Source: Mytilus trossulus
Lineage: Eukaryota
Reading direction: 5' to 3'
NCBI RefSeq assembly: GCF_036588685.1
Contig: NC_086376.1
Coordinates: forward strand, 83,265,014 to 83,329,013
DNA: 64,000 bases
Position numbers and translations under genes: made by a program. The notes beneath the pieces were generated by a model, which saw only the letters and a list, made by a program, of their open reading frames with translations, searched no databases and was not told where the DNA came from. Shown here one piece after another: positions 37,101-50,658 of the stretch (position 1 is its first letter; every line of letters begins with the position of its first letter).

Positions 37101-40100
37101 AACATAAAGGAAGTTGGGGACTTAATATTTTTTTCTTTCTACCACAAGTTTTAAGTCAGGATTTCCTGAAGATAACTTTGCTACCCACTATATCATGGAT
37201 TGGTTTTAGCCTTCATTTGTTTTAAAATTGTGACCAAAACATATTATTTGCATCAATTTTTGCACAGGGATTACTTGAAAGTCTTTTTAGAATCAACACC
37301 AATATAACATCAGCTATCAATATAACACTTTAGTTTGTCACAATATTCAAAGGTAATTGATGAAAGTTATATAGAGGAATGAAGGAATAATGAATTATAC
37401 TTGGTCTAAGTGAAAATTGTCAAAACTATAGTTTGTTGCTTATTAACAGTACAGGCCCTCATACAATTTGAACAATTGCTAGACTGGCACAAATTTTGCA
37501 GACTAAATCTTGTAACATGTTTTACTGTTGATCTACTGAGACATATGCTGTACATGTTCTAGCCACCTTTAGTAAACTGTTATATAAATAAATTCTTACA
37601 CCATATATAGATATAAATTGACCTAAAACTCATTAACTCACACCTGAGAAACAGAAGTCTTGACCTTAATATGTCAGTTGAAAGAAATGAACTACATATA
37701 TCTTCTAACCTAATAGGGTACAGGTGTCAGACCTTAACATTCTAACATCTGTCTTCTAGTTTTACTTACCTAAGCAAAACATTTTAAGACACTAGGTAAG
37801 AAATTTTGAGGGAGTCAAACTGAAGTGTTCAAACCTGATCATCTTTTATCAACTTCAAAGTAACAGGTAGCAAAAAGCCTATACTGTATACAGCCTTTTT
37901 GAGTTAGGGTGTGCTTTTGAAATTTATGTTTTGACAATGCAAGTTTAACTGCTGAGAGACATTGATATGAATACAAGGTAATGTGGGGTTATGTCAATGG
38001 GACAACGACCTGAATACTTCCAAAAAAAATCAATCGAAATATGGCTCTATACCCTAAAGTGGGTCTCATTCGGGGTCTAAGTCAGATTATTGTGTCGTGA
38101 AAACGGGAAATGTAGTCTGGCGGGACACAGGAAATGGAAAAAAATAGAAATTTGCTAATGTACATAGTGTAAGCAGGATATGGGAATCTGACAAAACAGT
38201 AAGCGGGATCCAGAATCAGAACCCCATTGAGACTGACCATAAAGGTTGCATGCAAATTATAATTTATAGTTTTAGGTCTATAGGTTATTAGATTACAACT
38301 ACCAGCCTTCTCGAGCTTCATTGTAAAATTTGTCAGTCTTATAAAACAAAGACTGGAAATAGAATATATGGAAAAAGAGAAAAAAATTCCAGCTGTTGAT
38401 ATCTTATTTTTTCACACATTGCCTATGACAAACATTGAACATGGTATAAAGTTACATTACATTTAACACCAGACAGTATTTACTAACTTCAGGTGTTTTT
38501 AACCCCCTTATATATACTTAATATCATCAATTATATGTATATAAATGGATCATCTATGCCTAAATTAAGCAACAAATCAAATATTCCAATATTCATTATC
38601 TAAAATTGCTAAATTATTAATTATTATACATAAACAATATTAGCCAATATGTTAAAAGTTTACTGACTGTGAATAATGGCTTAGGTCAATAATTGGTCAT
38701 ATCCTTGGGCTCAGACCTAAAATAACTCAGTATAAACAAAGATGAAATAAATAAATATACTTTGTATATATATAACTCATATCAAAGAAAGTACAGAGGT
38801 CTTTGTTTCATCTACCATTTAAAATATGACTTGTTTGATGGATTATAAAACATACAACAGAAATATTTAACACTAAATCATGTGACTAAAATAAAGATAT
38901 AAACATTCAGAAATGTTAGTTCACAAGTATGTTCATCATGCCAGTCAACATTACACAAATAAGTATAACTTTTCTTCCTCAAAATCAAAGTTATACAATC
39001 AACAGTGCTTAATTATTTGTTGTCTTATTTCAGTTCTGAAGAAAATCTCTTGCACTTAGTTATAATAACGGATTCAACAGTAATGCATGTTGTAATATTC
39101 TTGGAAGCATATATCATTTGACTTGTATATTGTCAGTGATTTGAGGCTAGTGATAAGGATTTGACATATAAAGCATGCACTTGTACCCATTTCTGAAATT
39201 AAAGACCCTATTATGTTGTTCTCTAGATTTCTATTTGGTTTCATTTAGTTGTTGGGCTGCTGTCTATTGGACTCTTTTCAGTACTGGAGTTTTTCTTTTA
39301 AAGTAGTCAAGGTAAATAGAACTTGGTTTTTCTTGGTTATGCATGAGAGAAGAACTTCTCCTAAATATAAGAAGGCTACAACTCCTAGTAGATGGTCCAC
39401 ATGTGGCTGGTTTTATGGACCCCCTTTTTTGGAAATGATCAATGCATTTGAATGGGAGCATATAGTTGGAACTCCCCCTTTACTCTGGGTTGGGAACCCC
39501 CCATTTTTAAAATGGCTGGATCCACCCCTGACCACTACCTTTATATTCTATTTAGGACAACAAATCTGTTCCTTAAATAGATGGTGTTATGAATTATTCA
39601 ATCCAGCTTTATTTTACTACCCATACATGTATTTGCAAAGTGCACCATAAAAAAAAATTACAACTTTGTGAGCCATTTACATCAAATGCATTGAACAAGG
39701 AAAAATCAATATAGTATTCCATGATGCCAGTAAATATTTCATATCTTAATAACAGCTTTCATTCTGGATAATCTCTCTCATGTCCAGAGAGATTCTAGAT
39801 TTACATTAATTCTCCCTGTGCAAGGATTGAATAACCTCTGGTGAAAGTCATAATGTTGAACAAATACATCACATCTGCTAAGACTAATGGATTTGTACTC
39901 TTTGTTCCAAGGTCAATATAATTCCATAAACGGAACTTCTAACTTTAAGACTTGGAAACCTTACTATTTGGCACCGGGACAGGGTGTATTTATAATTTAT
40001 ATATTTTTTATTGACAACTACAGAACAAGTATGTGTGCAAGAAGATTCTAATGTTTGTGTAGATATTTCCCTTTAATAGTAGACCATAAGAGCAAAATTG

Positions 40101-41265
40101 ATTTTAAATAATGTTGAGAGTTCTTGGAAGACGTGCCTCTCATCCCAAACTAAAACTGTCTACTTGTTTAGGTTCTACGAGAATTTGTGTACAAGTTTCA
40201 TAAAATTGGCATGAATCAAACCTAAATATGTATAAACAAATGGTCAAAAGGAAAACTTATAATTAATGCCCACTTTGCAGAGGAATGGAAATAGTGCTTC
40301 AGCATAAATAAAAAATGTTGGCATATCTGCATATAACTTAGTGAAAACAAGTATTTCAGGGCACAAGGTGATAAAAAGAATTGCAATCAAAAAGCACAAA
40401 AATTACCCTAAATTGTGTTCTACACTAAAAAACTGAATGCTTGCATCGTATAGTTAGTTTTAAAACTTGAGTTTTCCTAAATTTTTTAGGAATGGTCAGT
40501 ATCTGCCACATGAACTCCTCCCATTTGGAAATGTAGGTCAGTTTCTATAAATATAACAAGCGGATAAACATCTGCAACCTGAGGATTATCAACTTCAGAT
40601 ATATATCATTTTCATATTGATTCTCCTTAAGATAAAAGGAAATAAGTTGTCAATTAACATGAATGGACTAATATTCAACAGCTTGTTCAGTACACATAAA
40701 CAGTTGTAGGAAGCAAAGATTTGTTATCTGTTTTTCCATTGAATTAAATTTTCTCGCATAACTATATTATATGCAGTCACAAACTTATAATAAAACCTAA
40801 GATAGTTAAAGTGACTGAACTATTCTAATAGCGCTCAAGCTTTTAACAGTGTTGTTTATCCACAATTTGAATACTTTTCTATATTTGAATTCTTGGATAA
40901 CTTATTCTTTTTATCACATATTGACCATTGATTTTAATGGAAATAAAGTTAAAATCAAATGTATGTATGTTACACCATGAATGCATGGTTATATGTACTA
41001 GACAAAGACTGCAGAACTGGTTATTTCCAGCTAACAGAACTGGTTCTAGCTATTTATATCTCTTTAAAATTAAGAAATTTCTAAATATTGATTCATGAAA
41101 ATTATTGTATAATGAAAATTAATATTCTCTGATTTAATAATGATTACTATAATATATAGTTGTAATTTTTGTGTTTATAATGCCACTCTAAAGCACCACT
41201 ATTTGACTCTTTTGTGGCAGCCAGTTTTTATTGGTGGAGGTAGTCTGTCAAGTGCCAGAAGAAAA

Positions 41266-42982
41266 CCACCAACCTTCTACAGGTAAACTGACCAACCTAG
41301 TAAATTAAGATTGGAGATGGTTCAAACTCACCACCTTCTACAGGTAAACTGACCAACCTAGTAAATTAAGATTGGAGATGGTTCAAACTCACCACCTTCT
41401 ACAGGTAAACTGACCAACCTAGTAAATTAAGATTGGAGATGGTTCAAACTCACCACCTTCTACAGGTAAACTGACCAACCTAGTAAATTAAGATTGGAGA
41501 TGGTTCAAACTCACCACCTTCTACAGGTAAACTGACCAACCTAGTAAATTAAGATTGGAGATGGTTCAAACTCACCACCTTCTACAGGTAAACTGACCAA
41601 CCTAGTAAATTAAGATTGGAGATGGTTCAAACTCACCACCTTCTACAGGTAAACTGACCAACCTAGTAAATTAAGATTGGAGATGGTTCAAACTCACCAC
41701 CTTCTACAGGTAAACTGACCAACCTAGTAAATTAAGATTGGAGATGGTTCAAACTCACCACCTTCTACAGGTAAACTGACCAACCTAGTAAATTAAGATT
41801 GGAGATGGTTCAAACTCACCACCTTCTACAGGTAAACTGACCAACCTAGTAAATTAAGATTGGAGATGGTTCAAACTCACCACCTTCTACAGGTAAACTG
41901 ACCAACCTAGTAAATTAAGATTGGAGATGGTTCAAACTCACCACCTTCTACAGGTAAACTGACCAACCTAGTAAATTAAGATTGGAGATGGTTCAAACTC
42001 ACCACCTTCTACAGGTAAACTGACCAACCTAGTAAATTAAGATTGGAGATGGTTCAAACTCACCACCTTCTACAGGTAAACTGACCAACCTAGTAAATTA
42101 AGATTGGAGATGGTTCAAACTCACCACCTTCTACAGGTAAACTGACCAACCTAGTAAATTAAGATTGGAGATGGTTCAAACTCACCACCTTCTACAGGTA
42201 AACTGACCAACCTAGTAAATTAAGATTGGAGATGGTTCAAACTCACCACCTTCTACAGGTAAACTGACCAACCTAGTAAATTAAGATTGGAGATGGTTCA
42301 AACTCACCACCTTCTACAGGTAAACTGACCAACCTAGTAAATTAAGATTGGAGATGGTTCAAACTCACCACCTTCTACAGGTAAACTGACCAACCTAGTA
42401 AATTAAGATTGGAGATGGTTCAAACTCACCACCTTCTACAGGTAAACTGACCAACCTAGTAAATTAAGATTGGAGATGGTTCAAACTCACCACCTTCTAC
42501 AGGTAAACTGACCAACCTAGTAAATTAAGATTGGAGATGGTTCAAACTCACCACCTTCTACAGGTAAACTGACCAACCTAGTAAATTAAGATTGGAGATG
42601 GTTCAAACTCACCACCTTCTACAGGTAAACTGACCAACCTAGTAAATTAAGATTGGAGATGGTTCAAACTCACCACCTTCTACAGGTAAACTGACCAACC
42701 TAGTAAATTAAGATTGGAGATGGTTCAAACTCACCACCTTCTACAGGTAAACTGACCAACCTAGTAAATTAAGATTGGAGATGGTTCAAACTCACCACCT
42801 TCTACAGGTAAACTGACCAACCTAGTAAATTAAGATTGGAGATGGTTCAAACTCACCACCTTCTACAGGTAAACTGACCAACCTAGTAAATTAAGATTGG
42901 AGATGGTTCAAACTCACCACCTTCTACAGGTAAACTGACCAACCTAGTAAATTAAGATTGGAGATGGTTCAAACTCACCACC
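41266..42982. repeat. Tandem satellite/minisatellite: 61-bp unit (caccaccttctacaggtaaactgaccaacctagtaaattaagattggagatggttcaaact) x about 28, copies apparently 100% identical
   Basis: Period 61 verified by line-to-line phase shift across 1.7 kb. Unit length is not a multiple of 3. It sits in intron 3 of the polyamine oxidase gene. Confidence 0.95.
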
Positions 42983-43239
42983 TAGTGTATTGTTTAGAGA
43001 TGGGTGCTAAATGATTTACAGAAAAGGGCAGCAAGACTTAAATTTGCATCCAGAAAAGGCAACTGAGTGACAAAATGAGCAATAATTCTGCAGACATTGA
43101 AATGTCTTGCCTGTTATACTGATCCTGATAGATTTTGTCTTTTAGATATTATTATATAAAAATTTGTTTTCAGTTTTATATGAAATATAGTGAAAACTGC
43201 AAATAAACAATTAACTGATGATGGATTGATTGTTAGCGA

Positions 43240-43480
43240 TTTATCGCCACTTTGGCCTATGTGGAGGCCAGTTTTGATTGGTGGATGAAGACGGAGTACC
43301 CAGAGAAAACAACTGACCTTCGATTGGGAAACTTGAAGTGGAGTGAACACACAGGGGCTGGGTTTGAACGCAAAACCTCAATGTTGACTGGCTAGTGATT
43401 ACAGTAGTACCCAATAAACAAATAACCTTGCACTGTGTCTTAACATTTGATCCCCAAACTACAATTCCAGCATCTCCTAC
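43240..43480. repeat. Single-copy diverged paralog of the SINE-like sequence from which the 61-bp satellite unit and its 5' flank (41200-41265) derive
   Basis: gtggaggccagttttgattggtggatgaagacgg..gaaaacaactgacc..ggtttgaacgcaaaacc parallels ggcagccagtttttattggtggaggtagtc..gaaaaccaccaacc..ggttcaaactcacc. Confidence 0.5.
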
Positions 43481-45630
43481 CATCAAATGTGAAATACTTG
43501 GCAGATTCAGTTAGTTTGAATAGGACAGGTAATTTTCACTACTTCTAAAGTAAACAAAGATAAGCTTTACCACTAATATTTATGCACAATATACCTACAT
43601 TCCCTGAAGCAGTACATGTAAATACAGAATCGATTATATTGGCAAATATTATAAATTTCTTCTCCAGATATCATGTTGATTCAAGATTTTCTAAATTCAG
43701 ACTGATTAATTGGTTTAAACTCTGATAGCTGTAAAAAACCTGCAACTAATTAGAAATTATCAGATATGTATTCCATTTAAATGACAGTTTTTGTGCTATG
43801 GCATAATTACTACTATATATCCCATGGCCATTTACATACATTAGATTATAAATGAACAGCAACTAAAAGCCCTAACAGAAGGTTGTAAACGAAATTTAAA
43901 GCAGTCATATTAGATGTCATAGGACATTTGGCAATGACCAATATATATATATATGTGACTATATCAAATCAATAAGAGTACAGAAAAGAAATGGTAAATT
44001 GAACTTAAATTGGAGTGTTCATTGTTAAAGGATATACCATAATATGCAAGTCGAATCAACAAACTCTGTTGTTTGTTGATTTATACGTTGATTTATAATC
44101 TAAAGAAATGAACCACTTTGTTTGCAACCCTGTTTTTTTAATTCACCAAAACATATATCCATGCAGTCACATGTATGCATTTTATCTGCATATCCATTTC
44201 ATGACATTGAACTAATTTTACAGTGAACCAACTCATTGTAGTTCTTTTAAAACAACTAAATATTGTCAAATGAAAGCTTAAATCTGATGCTAGTACATTA
44301 TCAACAACTCTTAACACTACTGGCAAATAACTTAAAGCTAAATGTCTCATAAATTTATCATATTTACGCTATTTTTAGCAAATAAAACAAATTCACCAGA
44401 CTATATTATGAAACTGATGACATTTAAAAAGTTTTATTTTTTTACGGTAGTTGGTCACAAAAAACTTCAGGGAAATTCTTAACATGAAACTTTTTGATAG
44501 CTTATAAAAAGTGTTGTGAGCCTGAAGGTATAGGTCACTGTCATGAATAAATATTTTCCAGCTATTGCCGCCAGGAAATCTGTCTAGATGTTATATATCT
44601 AATAGGCAAATAAACATGTTACATTCTATTTAAATAATTTCAAGGTCTTCAAAAATGTAAAATTAAATAACACATTCTTTTAAAATGATGATTGTTTGCT
44701 AGACAATAAAATGAGATATATTAAATGTCTTAACAATTCAAAGTCAAACATCAAGGCACTGTATGCAAAATGCATTGAACATTGTACAACCATAATCAAA
44801 ATACACCTTTTTTTCTTAAAATTCATAGCACTTTTAAAACTGCCCTTATGGTCAAACACTTGCATTACATATAAACTTGTACAGCAATGGAAAATTCAAA
44901 ACTAGACATCAGATTTCAACTTCAATTTTTTTTTTAAAGTTAATTCCAAAAGATTCCAAAATGTACCTCTAATCCTTTATCACTGAACACCATATTGATT
45001 ATTCCAGCTCATTGTAGGCTACAGCTCTGATATATGTAAATACTAAATACTAAATATATATACAACTCAGCTTAAGCTCAGACTTTTACTGTGCTGCTAA
45101 TAGACTGTGTTGCTAATAGTCACTTAACGTATTGTTAAATTACCACAAAAATATGTAAGCTGCAACTACAGTATGTAACCTTGAAGATCTCATAGTAAAA
45201 ATATACATTTACTTCAGTACATACCAAACCTTCTATTCAATGTGGTTTATTATTTGTCATGTATGCCTTGAGAATCATACTCAATAAAAAAAAACATTTT
45301 AACCAGTACATACTATCCAGAATATACAAATTTATATGTTCTCCAAGCTGCAATTGGCAAATGTCTAGAAGGCCTTCCCCAGTTCTTAAGATGGGGACAT
45401 TAGAAGCCACTTAAATGTAACATTAGTTGTCACGAACTACAAAACATTACAAGTCTTCTGTCTTTTATCTAGATTGCCTTTATACATAGAAATATGCTCC
45501 CAGAGAGGTTCAATGTATGAAATATCTTATAATATGAATGAACTGAGATGTATGTAAAGTATGCCTAAATGACCATGCGATAAGACAGCTAATTCAAAAG
45601 GTCATTATACAATATTCAACAATAGACAAT

Positions 45631-45730
45631 AACATTAGTCCAGATAGGGCAGATTTTAAATGCTTTAGGTCCAGACATATAACATTAGTCCAGATAGGGC
45701 AGATTTTAAATGCTTTAGGTCCAGACTTAT
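45631..45730. repeat. Perfect 50-bp tandem duplication (aacattagtccagatagggcagattttaaatgctttaggtccagac(a/t)tat) with a diverged third copy following
   Basis: Direct reading. Confidence 0.85.
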
Positions 45731-46394
45731 AATGTGAGTCCATATGAATTGCTCCAGGTTCACACATTTAGATATTAACATTGATAACCATCATAGAGTT
45801 TTCTGACTTAGAACAGACAAATTAATGTATGGTAAGGTCTAACAGGTTTGGGAATACATGTACCATTACTACATGTGTGTTTAACGACCTTCACCACCCA
45901 TAAGGGTATTGCACTGTTTGTCCTGGCTTATAAGTCTTTTTCTGCTTTAATACATTATAATTTATCTTAACTATTCAAGCTTACAGTTTAAGTCAATTTG
46001 GTGGTAATAAATTTGACAGCTTATAATGCATTTAAAATGATGGATTATTGATCTTTAAAGCCAAATGATGCTTATAATGAATTATGTTTTCAATCATTAA
46101 GATAAAACAAAACTGCTGTAGTGTATAAAGTTAGATCTAAATATATATATATATATAGCTATCTTCTGTTTGGAATTATTTCATCTATTATAAAAAAAAA
46201 AAAAAAAAGTTCAAATATACATACAAATAGAAATGAAAAAGAATATGAATCTTGACTTTTATTTCTTTTCTGTATTTCGGTAAATTTCGTTTTGACAAAA
46301 ATATCAAAATATTATTCATTATCAATTATGGAACCATATAGATTTTGAGACTTTTGTCCAATTGACAAACATTAACCTTAATCTTTAAATGACA

Positions 46395-46965
46395 AAGGAG
46401 TATGTTCGATAAGGTCCTAAAATGGCCCCCTTTTTTAGCGTAAATTTCAAATTCAGATTTATCGACCAATATCACGATAAATTACAGCTAATACATTGAC
46501 TACCCAGGATATAAACCATTTTGTTGAAAATTTAACGTTTCTGCGTTTCATTATGACCTCACAAGTTGCACTCATATTGATTTTTCACCAAAAAATCAAT
46601 GAAAATGGGTAAATTTCCATAGATTATTGGACAGGAAACATAGAGCGCATACGTCGACAACAAAGATCTTTCAAAATAATGTTTGTGAAGACATTTCACA
46701 TGTCTTATTTAAATCTTAAGCTTGTCGACCTCTGCGCTCTATGTTTCCTTGTCCTTTATTTGGTTGAAATCTAGCTGATTTTGTCAAATTTCACCAAAAT
46801 CCCTTATTTTCACCTTTTTGGGATGTAAAAATCAACGTGTTAGAATTAAACTTTGACAAAAACAGTTCTGTTTAACTTTCTAACATGTATTTGAGGCAAC
46901 TTAAAACATTTATTGTCTTGTAACTATGAACTTTATAATTGGGGCCAAATATGGCCCTTACCGAA
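46395..46965. mobile_element. Long imperfect palindrome / foldback element: outer arms 46395-46435 vs 46925-46965, inner arms 46629-46659 vs 46723-46754
   Basis: aaggagtatgttcgataaggtcctaaaatggccccc vs reverse complement of ggggccaaatatggcccttaccgaacttactcctt; ggacaggaaacatagagcgcatacgtcgaca vs tgtcgacctctgcgctctatgtttccttgtcc. Confidence 0.65.
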
Positions 46966-47277
46966 CTTACTCCTTTTAAGTCTTACTTTTCTGGCTTTGT
47001 TTGTTTATTGTTTATTGTTGTTTTGTTTTTAAATCTTCCCTATAGAAGTAAGATGTAAATTGTTTTAAACCGAGTGCTTTAAGTCATTAAGTGAAACAAG
47101 TGCATTACGATGACTTTGACAAACCGTTAGAATTTTAATAATGTGTGGTTTCATATATATGCACTCTATCAAATATACTTAATATCTTATTTATACCATA
47201 ATACTTCTTTGTAAAGGTATTTACATCTATTTATCATTCACTAAGGCAAACAAGTCCACAGTTTATATTTTAATTAA

Positions 47278-47575
47278 CCCTTTCCTCCATTGAATTTTTT
47301 TTTTTGCATACTTGATTCGCATAGGATTTTTTTGATAAAATGCTGAACTTATGATTTGAAGTACTAAAGCATTGTGAAAAACAACTATTTCATCAAATAA
47401 ATTTAAGTCAGATATTCCTATGATATTCCTTTTCATATTGGATACAAACTTTATTAAGTCAACTGCAGACACTTTGTAGTCGAAGTGTTTCAACTGAGGT
47501 ACTACACAGGCGTCAAAAGGCGTCATTATGGAGTAAAGGGGGTGGCGTCAAAAGGCGTCATTATGGAGGAAAGGG
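47278..47575. mobile_element. piggyBac-like MITE (about 300 bp) with TIRs CCCTTTCCTCCAT / ATGGAGGAAAGGG and flanking TTAA target-site duplication (47274-47277, 47576-47579)
   Basis: CCC...GGG termini plus a TTAA TSD are the piggyBac superfamily hallmark. The internal tandem duplication ggcgtcaaaaggcgtcattatggag is present twice. Confidence 0.6.
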
Positions 47576-48722
47576 TTAAACTTTGACTATATATCTGGAA
47601 AACATTTAAACACAACCATGTATTCTTGTAAAGAGGTACATAATGCTTTTGGGTATAAACATTCTCTCATCAACACTTGAAGAAAGGATGAATCATACAA
47701 ATTCTAAAACCTGATCTGATTAAAATATACATGAATCACAAATCTATTACCCAATAATCATCAATTCCTAGTGATTCACTTGTTTAATCTTGTGTCATCT
47801 AATCTTTTTTTTGCAATTGAAAATGAAAAAAAAATCTTTACAACGATCAATACTAAGACCTGAGTAAAATATGCGAATATTTTGAGAGATGTGGATCTCA
47901 TTCAAGCTTGTCTTCTGATGATCAGCTGATTTTTAAGGCTTGTACAGGAAATACCTTTTGTAACTGTTGAATATCTCATTACAACATCAAAAGTCTGAGT
48001 ATTTTTACCTGTCTACAGGTTTAATACTTGTTACAGGTTATTCAATGTTATAAAAATTCATTGAAGGGGGTGTGGGAAAAGAGTGATAAAAAAAAGACAG
48101 GTAGAAAAACCCAACACACTGTATTATCTGACCTTTTAACCGTGATTAAAAGTATATGTTCCAAGTCACGTACAACCCTAGTGACAGGTAAAGGGAGGGA
48201 TTGTAGAATTTAAAATTCATACCAAATATACAAATTTTAAACCCTTTTAGAGATGACTATGCTGTATTGGTTTTGTTCATTATGGAGGACATATATGGTG
48301 ACCTATTGTTGTAAACTTCTGTCATTTGAAATTGGTATCTGGTAGAAAGATGTCTCACTATCAATTTACAATTATTCTAGGGGTGGATACAACCATTTTC
48401 AAAAGGGGCCTCTCAACCCAGCATAACCATGTGTCCCCATTCAAAATTGATAAACAACCATTGGAACCGCACACCAACTTCCCCCATATAAATTAAAGAA
48501 ATCAAACCTTATGACCATCCACATATAGACAATACAATCTCTGGTTGAGGGAGTATTTGTCATGTCAATCAAATGACATGTCAATCAGTGCTTTAATCAA
48601 TAATTTGAATACACATATAATATGCATGATTAAAAAAAAAACAGGGGTCACAGTAATATGGGATCATGTTAATGTATGTAAAGTGCAAGTTAACATGAAT
48701 ATTGTTTGAAACATATTGTTAC

Positions 48723-48852
48723 CTGATGACTTTTCTTGGCTGTGGAATGTCTTTTTTACTAAGGAATTTTTTCAGAGCCTCCACAATGTCTTGTCCTATC
48801 TGCTCTTCCGTCAATGACTCCATATACAGTGCTTCTTTACCACTTAACCATC
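48723..48852 (-). CDS. Polyamine oxidase (SMOX/PAOX-like), coding exon 3 (130 nt; GWLSGKEALYMESLTEEQIGQDIVEALKKFLSKKDIPQPRKVIR)
   Basis: Matches the SMOX segment SGWICGEEALVMEK...NIPKPRRILRS. Acceptor ttttttag| (plus 48853-48855 = cta); donor CAG|GTAACA (plus 48717-48722). Reading frame closes exactly with exon 2 (G+GA=Gly) and exon 4 (AG+G=Arg). Confidence 0.8.
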
Positions 48853-49039
48853 CTAAAAAATTATACCAGTTACTGAAACATGTGTAAATATCAGAAATCA
48901 CATTTATTGAGACTCCTTGCACATCTATATATTCTTCTTTATCATGTTTATACATACTTGTTTTTGTAATATGTTGGAGATGTTCTCAAAAGTTTCCCCT
49001 TTGAACAGGGGCTCTTTGCACAAAAAACATACAATTAAA

Positions 49040-49295
49040 ATCCAGTGTGAGTGGTTGTCGTTTGTTTATGTGTTACATATTTGTTTTTCGTTCATTTTTT
49101 TTTATATAAATAAGGCTGTTAGTTTTCTTGTTTGAATTGTTTTACATTATCTTATCTGGGCCTTTTATAGCTGACTATGCGGTATGGGTTTTGCTCATTG
49201 TTGAAGGCCATACGGTGACCTGTAGTTGTTAATGGCTGTGTCATTTTGGTCTCTTGTGGACAGTTGTCTCATTGGCAATAATACCACATCTTCTT
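49040..49295 (+). mobile_element. SINE-like repeat, related subfamily, full-length
   Basis: agtggttgtcgtttgtttatgtgttacatatttgtttttcgtt..gggccttttatagctgactatgcggtatggg..gttgaaggccatacggtgacctgtagttgtt..gacagttgtctcattggcaataataccacatcttc. Confidence 0.7.
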
Positions 49296-50658
49296 TTATA
49301 TATATTACAAGTTTTTTTCTTCATAAGATTTTTTGTTAAATGAGTGGCAGGTTATTTTTAATACTACATTTTGTACCTGCATAAATATGTTTTATACTAT
49401 TTTATACACAAAAGTTAATTCAGATTTATATTTTGAATGATTGTAGGTGATTAACTCTGTAATATTACTCTGCATTATGCATATATTGCTAAAGTATTAG
49501 ACTGATGTATGCCCTAGTCTTAAAGACAGGGTCATACAACAGTGCTATAACCTTGAATCCCCAGCCATCACTCTGTTACACATGAATCACTCATACAACA
49601 AGAGTGTTTTTAAATGTACATGCTACCTTAAATAACCTTGCATTCAAATCTTTAATGATCCTAGTATCCATATGTACATGTTTTGTTACTGTATACATGT
49701 ATAATACCACTACCAATGATTTAATAATTAAGAGGAGATTAAGCTTGCTGCAAGAAAATATATAAATGACCACAAACTCAAACCTAAGCTTGGAAGCATT
49801 ATCAATGTCCTCAATGTTTTAGTTGGGAATATTTATCATATCAGTAATTCTTAACAGAATTAAATATGTTTGGAAAATATCACCTTGCTCAATATCTCCT
49901 TTTATTTATACATTGTCATGATTGTAGTTATACATAAACATGCATATCTTGCACAAAATTCAAAAATCACAAGATTTATTTTATAGCATAAATATATGTA
50001 TATAAGTGTATTTGAAATGTACAGGTCTGTAATTTATATTTACAGTTTACCCTGATGTCTGAGGAAGTTGATAATTTACAAAATGTACATACAGAAGATC
50101 AAACAGAAATATGCATGTACTGGTGAGCAACTGCTGAATGTAAAACTTAGTTTAAAACCATTAAATATGTACTTTGTATTTCATTAAAAGAAGATGAATA
50201 CATCTATTAAATACAAATAAAGTGCATGTGTACTTTCAAATCTGTCTCCCATCACCTGACTGACATAAGTTCGCTATTTGAAATATAAGTCAGGCCAATG
50301 TCTATATATAATTTGGTCTTGTGCCAGTTGTGGGTGTCAATATAAGACTGACACTGTATGAAATTTGTCACCAAAGTACAATTCCATTTATAGGCAAATC
50401 TTATAATTTTGTAGTCACAAGCCTGCAAATGCAGAAATGTGTAGCCCTGCAATTATCCTAATTTAACTGTTTAGTCTGTACTGTATATATGATTATGGTG
50501 ACCCTATTGCTAATACAAATGTAGTACCTAAGAAACAGAATCACATTAAAAAACCTAACATACATATATAATCCATTGAATGAACCATGAAAATGAGGTC
50601 AAGTTCAAGACAGACATCTACCCCTTGCAATCATTCCATACTTATAATTATAATATAA

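Noticed and set aside
39249-39650. 133-aa plus-strand ORF (and the similar 164-aa ORF at 57404-57898)
   Set aside because: Both lie in copies of an interspersed repeat (ggatccag../ggggttcc.. blocks shared by 39400-39540, 48390-48470, 57300-57360 and 57580-57680). The translations are low-complexity (P/W/G-rich), and the same sequence is present in both orientations.
41266-42982. Regular direct-repeat array that could be mistaken for a CRISPR locus
   Set aside because: The units are contiguous 61-mers with no unique spacers. The context is eukaryotic (spliced gene, SINEs) and there are no cas genes. It is a tandem satellite.
43370-43400. Possible tRNA-like T-arm (gggtttgaacgcaaaacc) within the SINE-like paralog
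   Set aside because: I could not fold a full cloverleaf by eye (no acceptor or anticodon stems). It is probably only a degraded tRNA-derived SINE head at most. I did not call any tRNA gene in the window.
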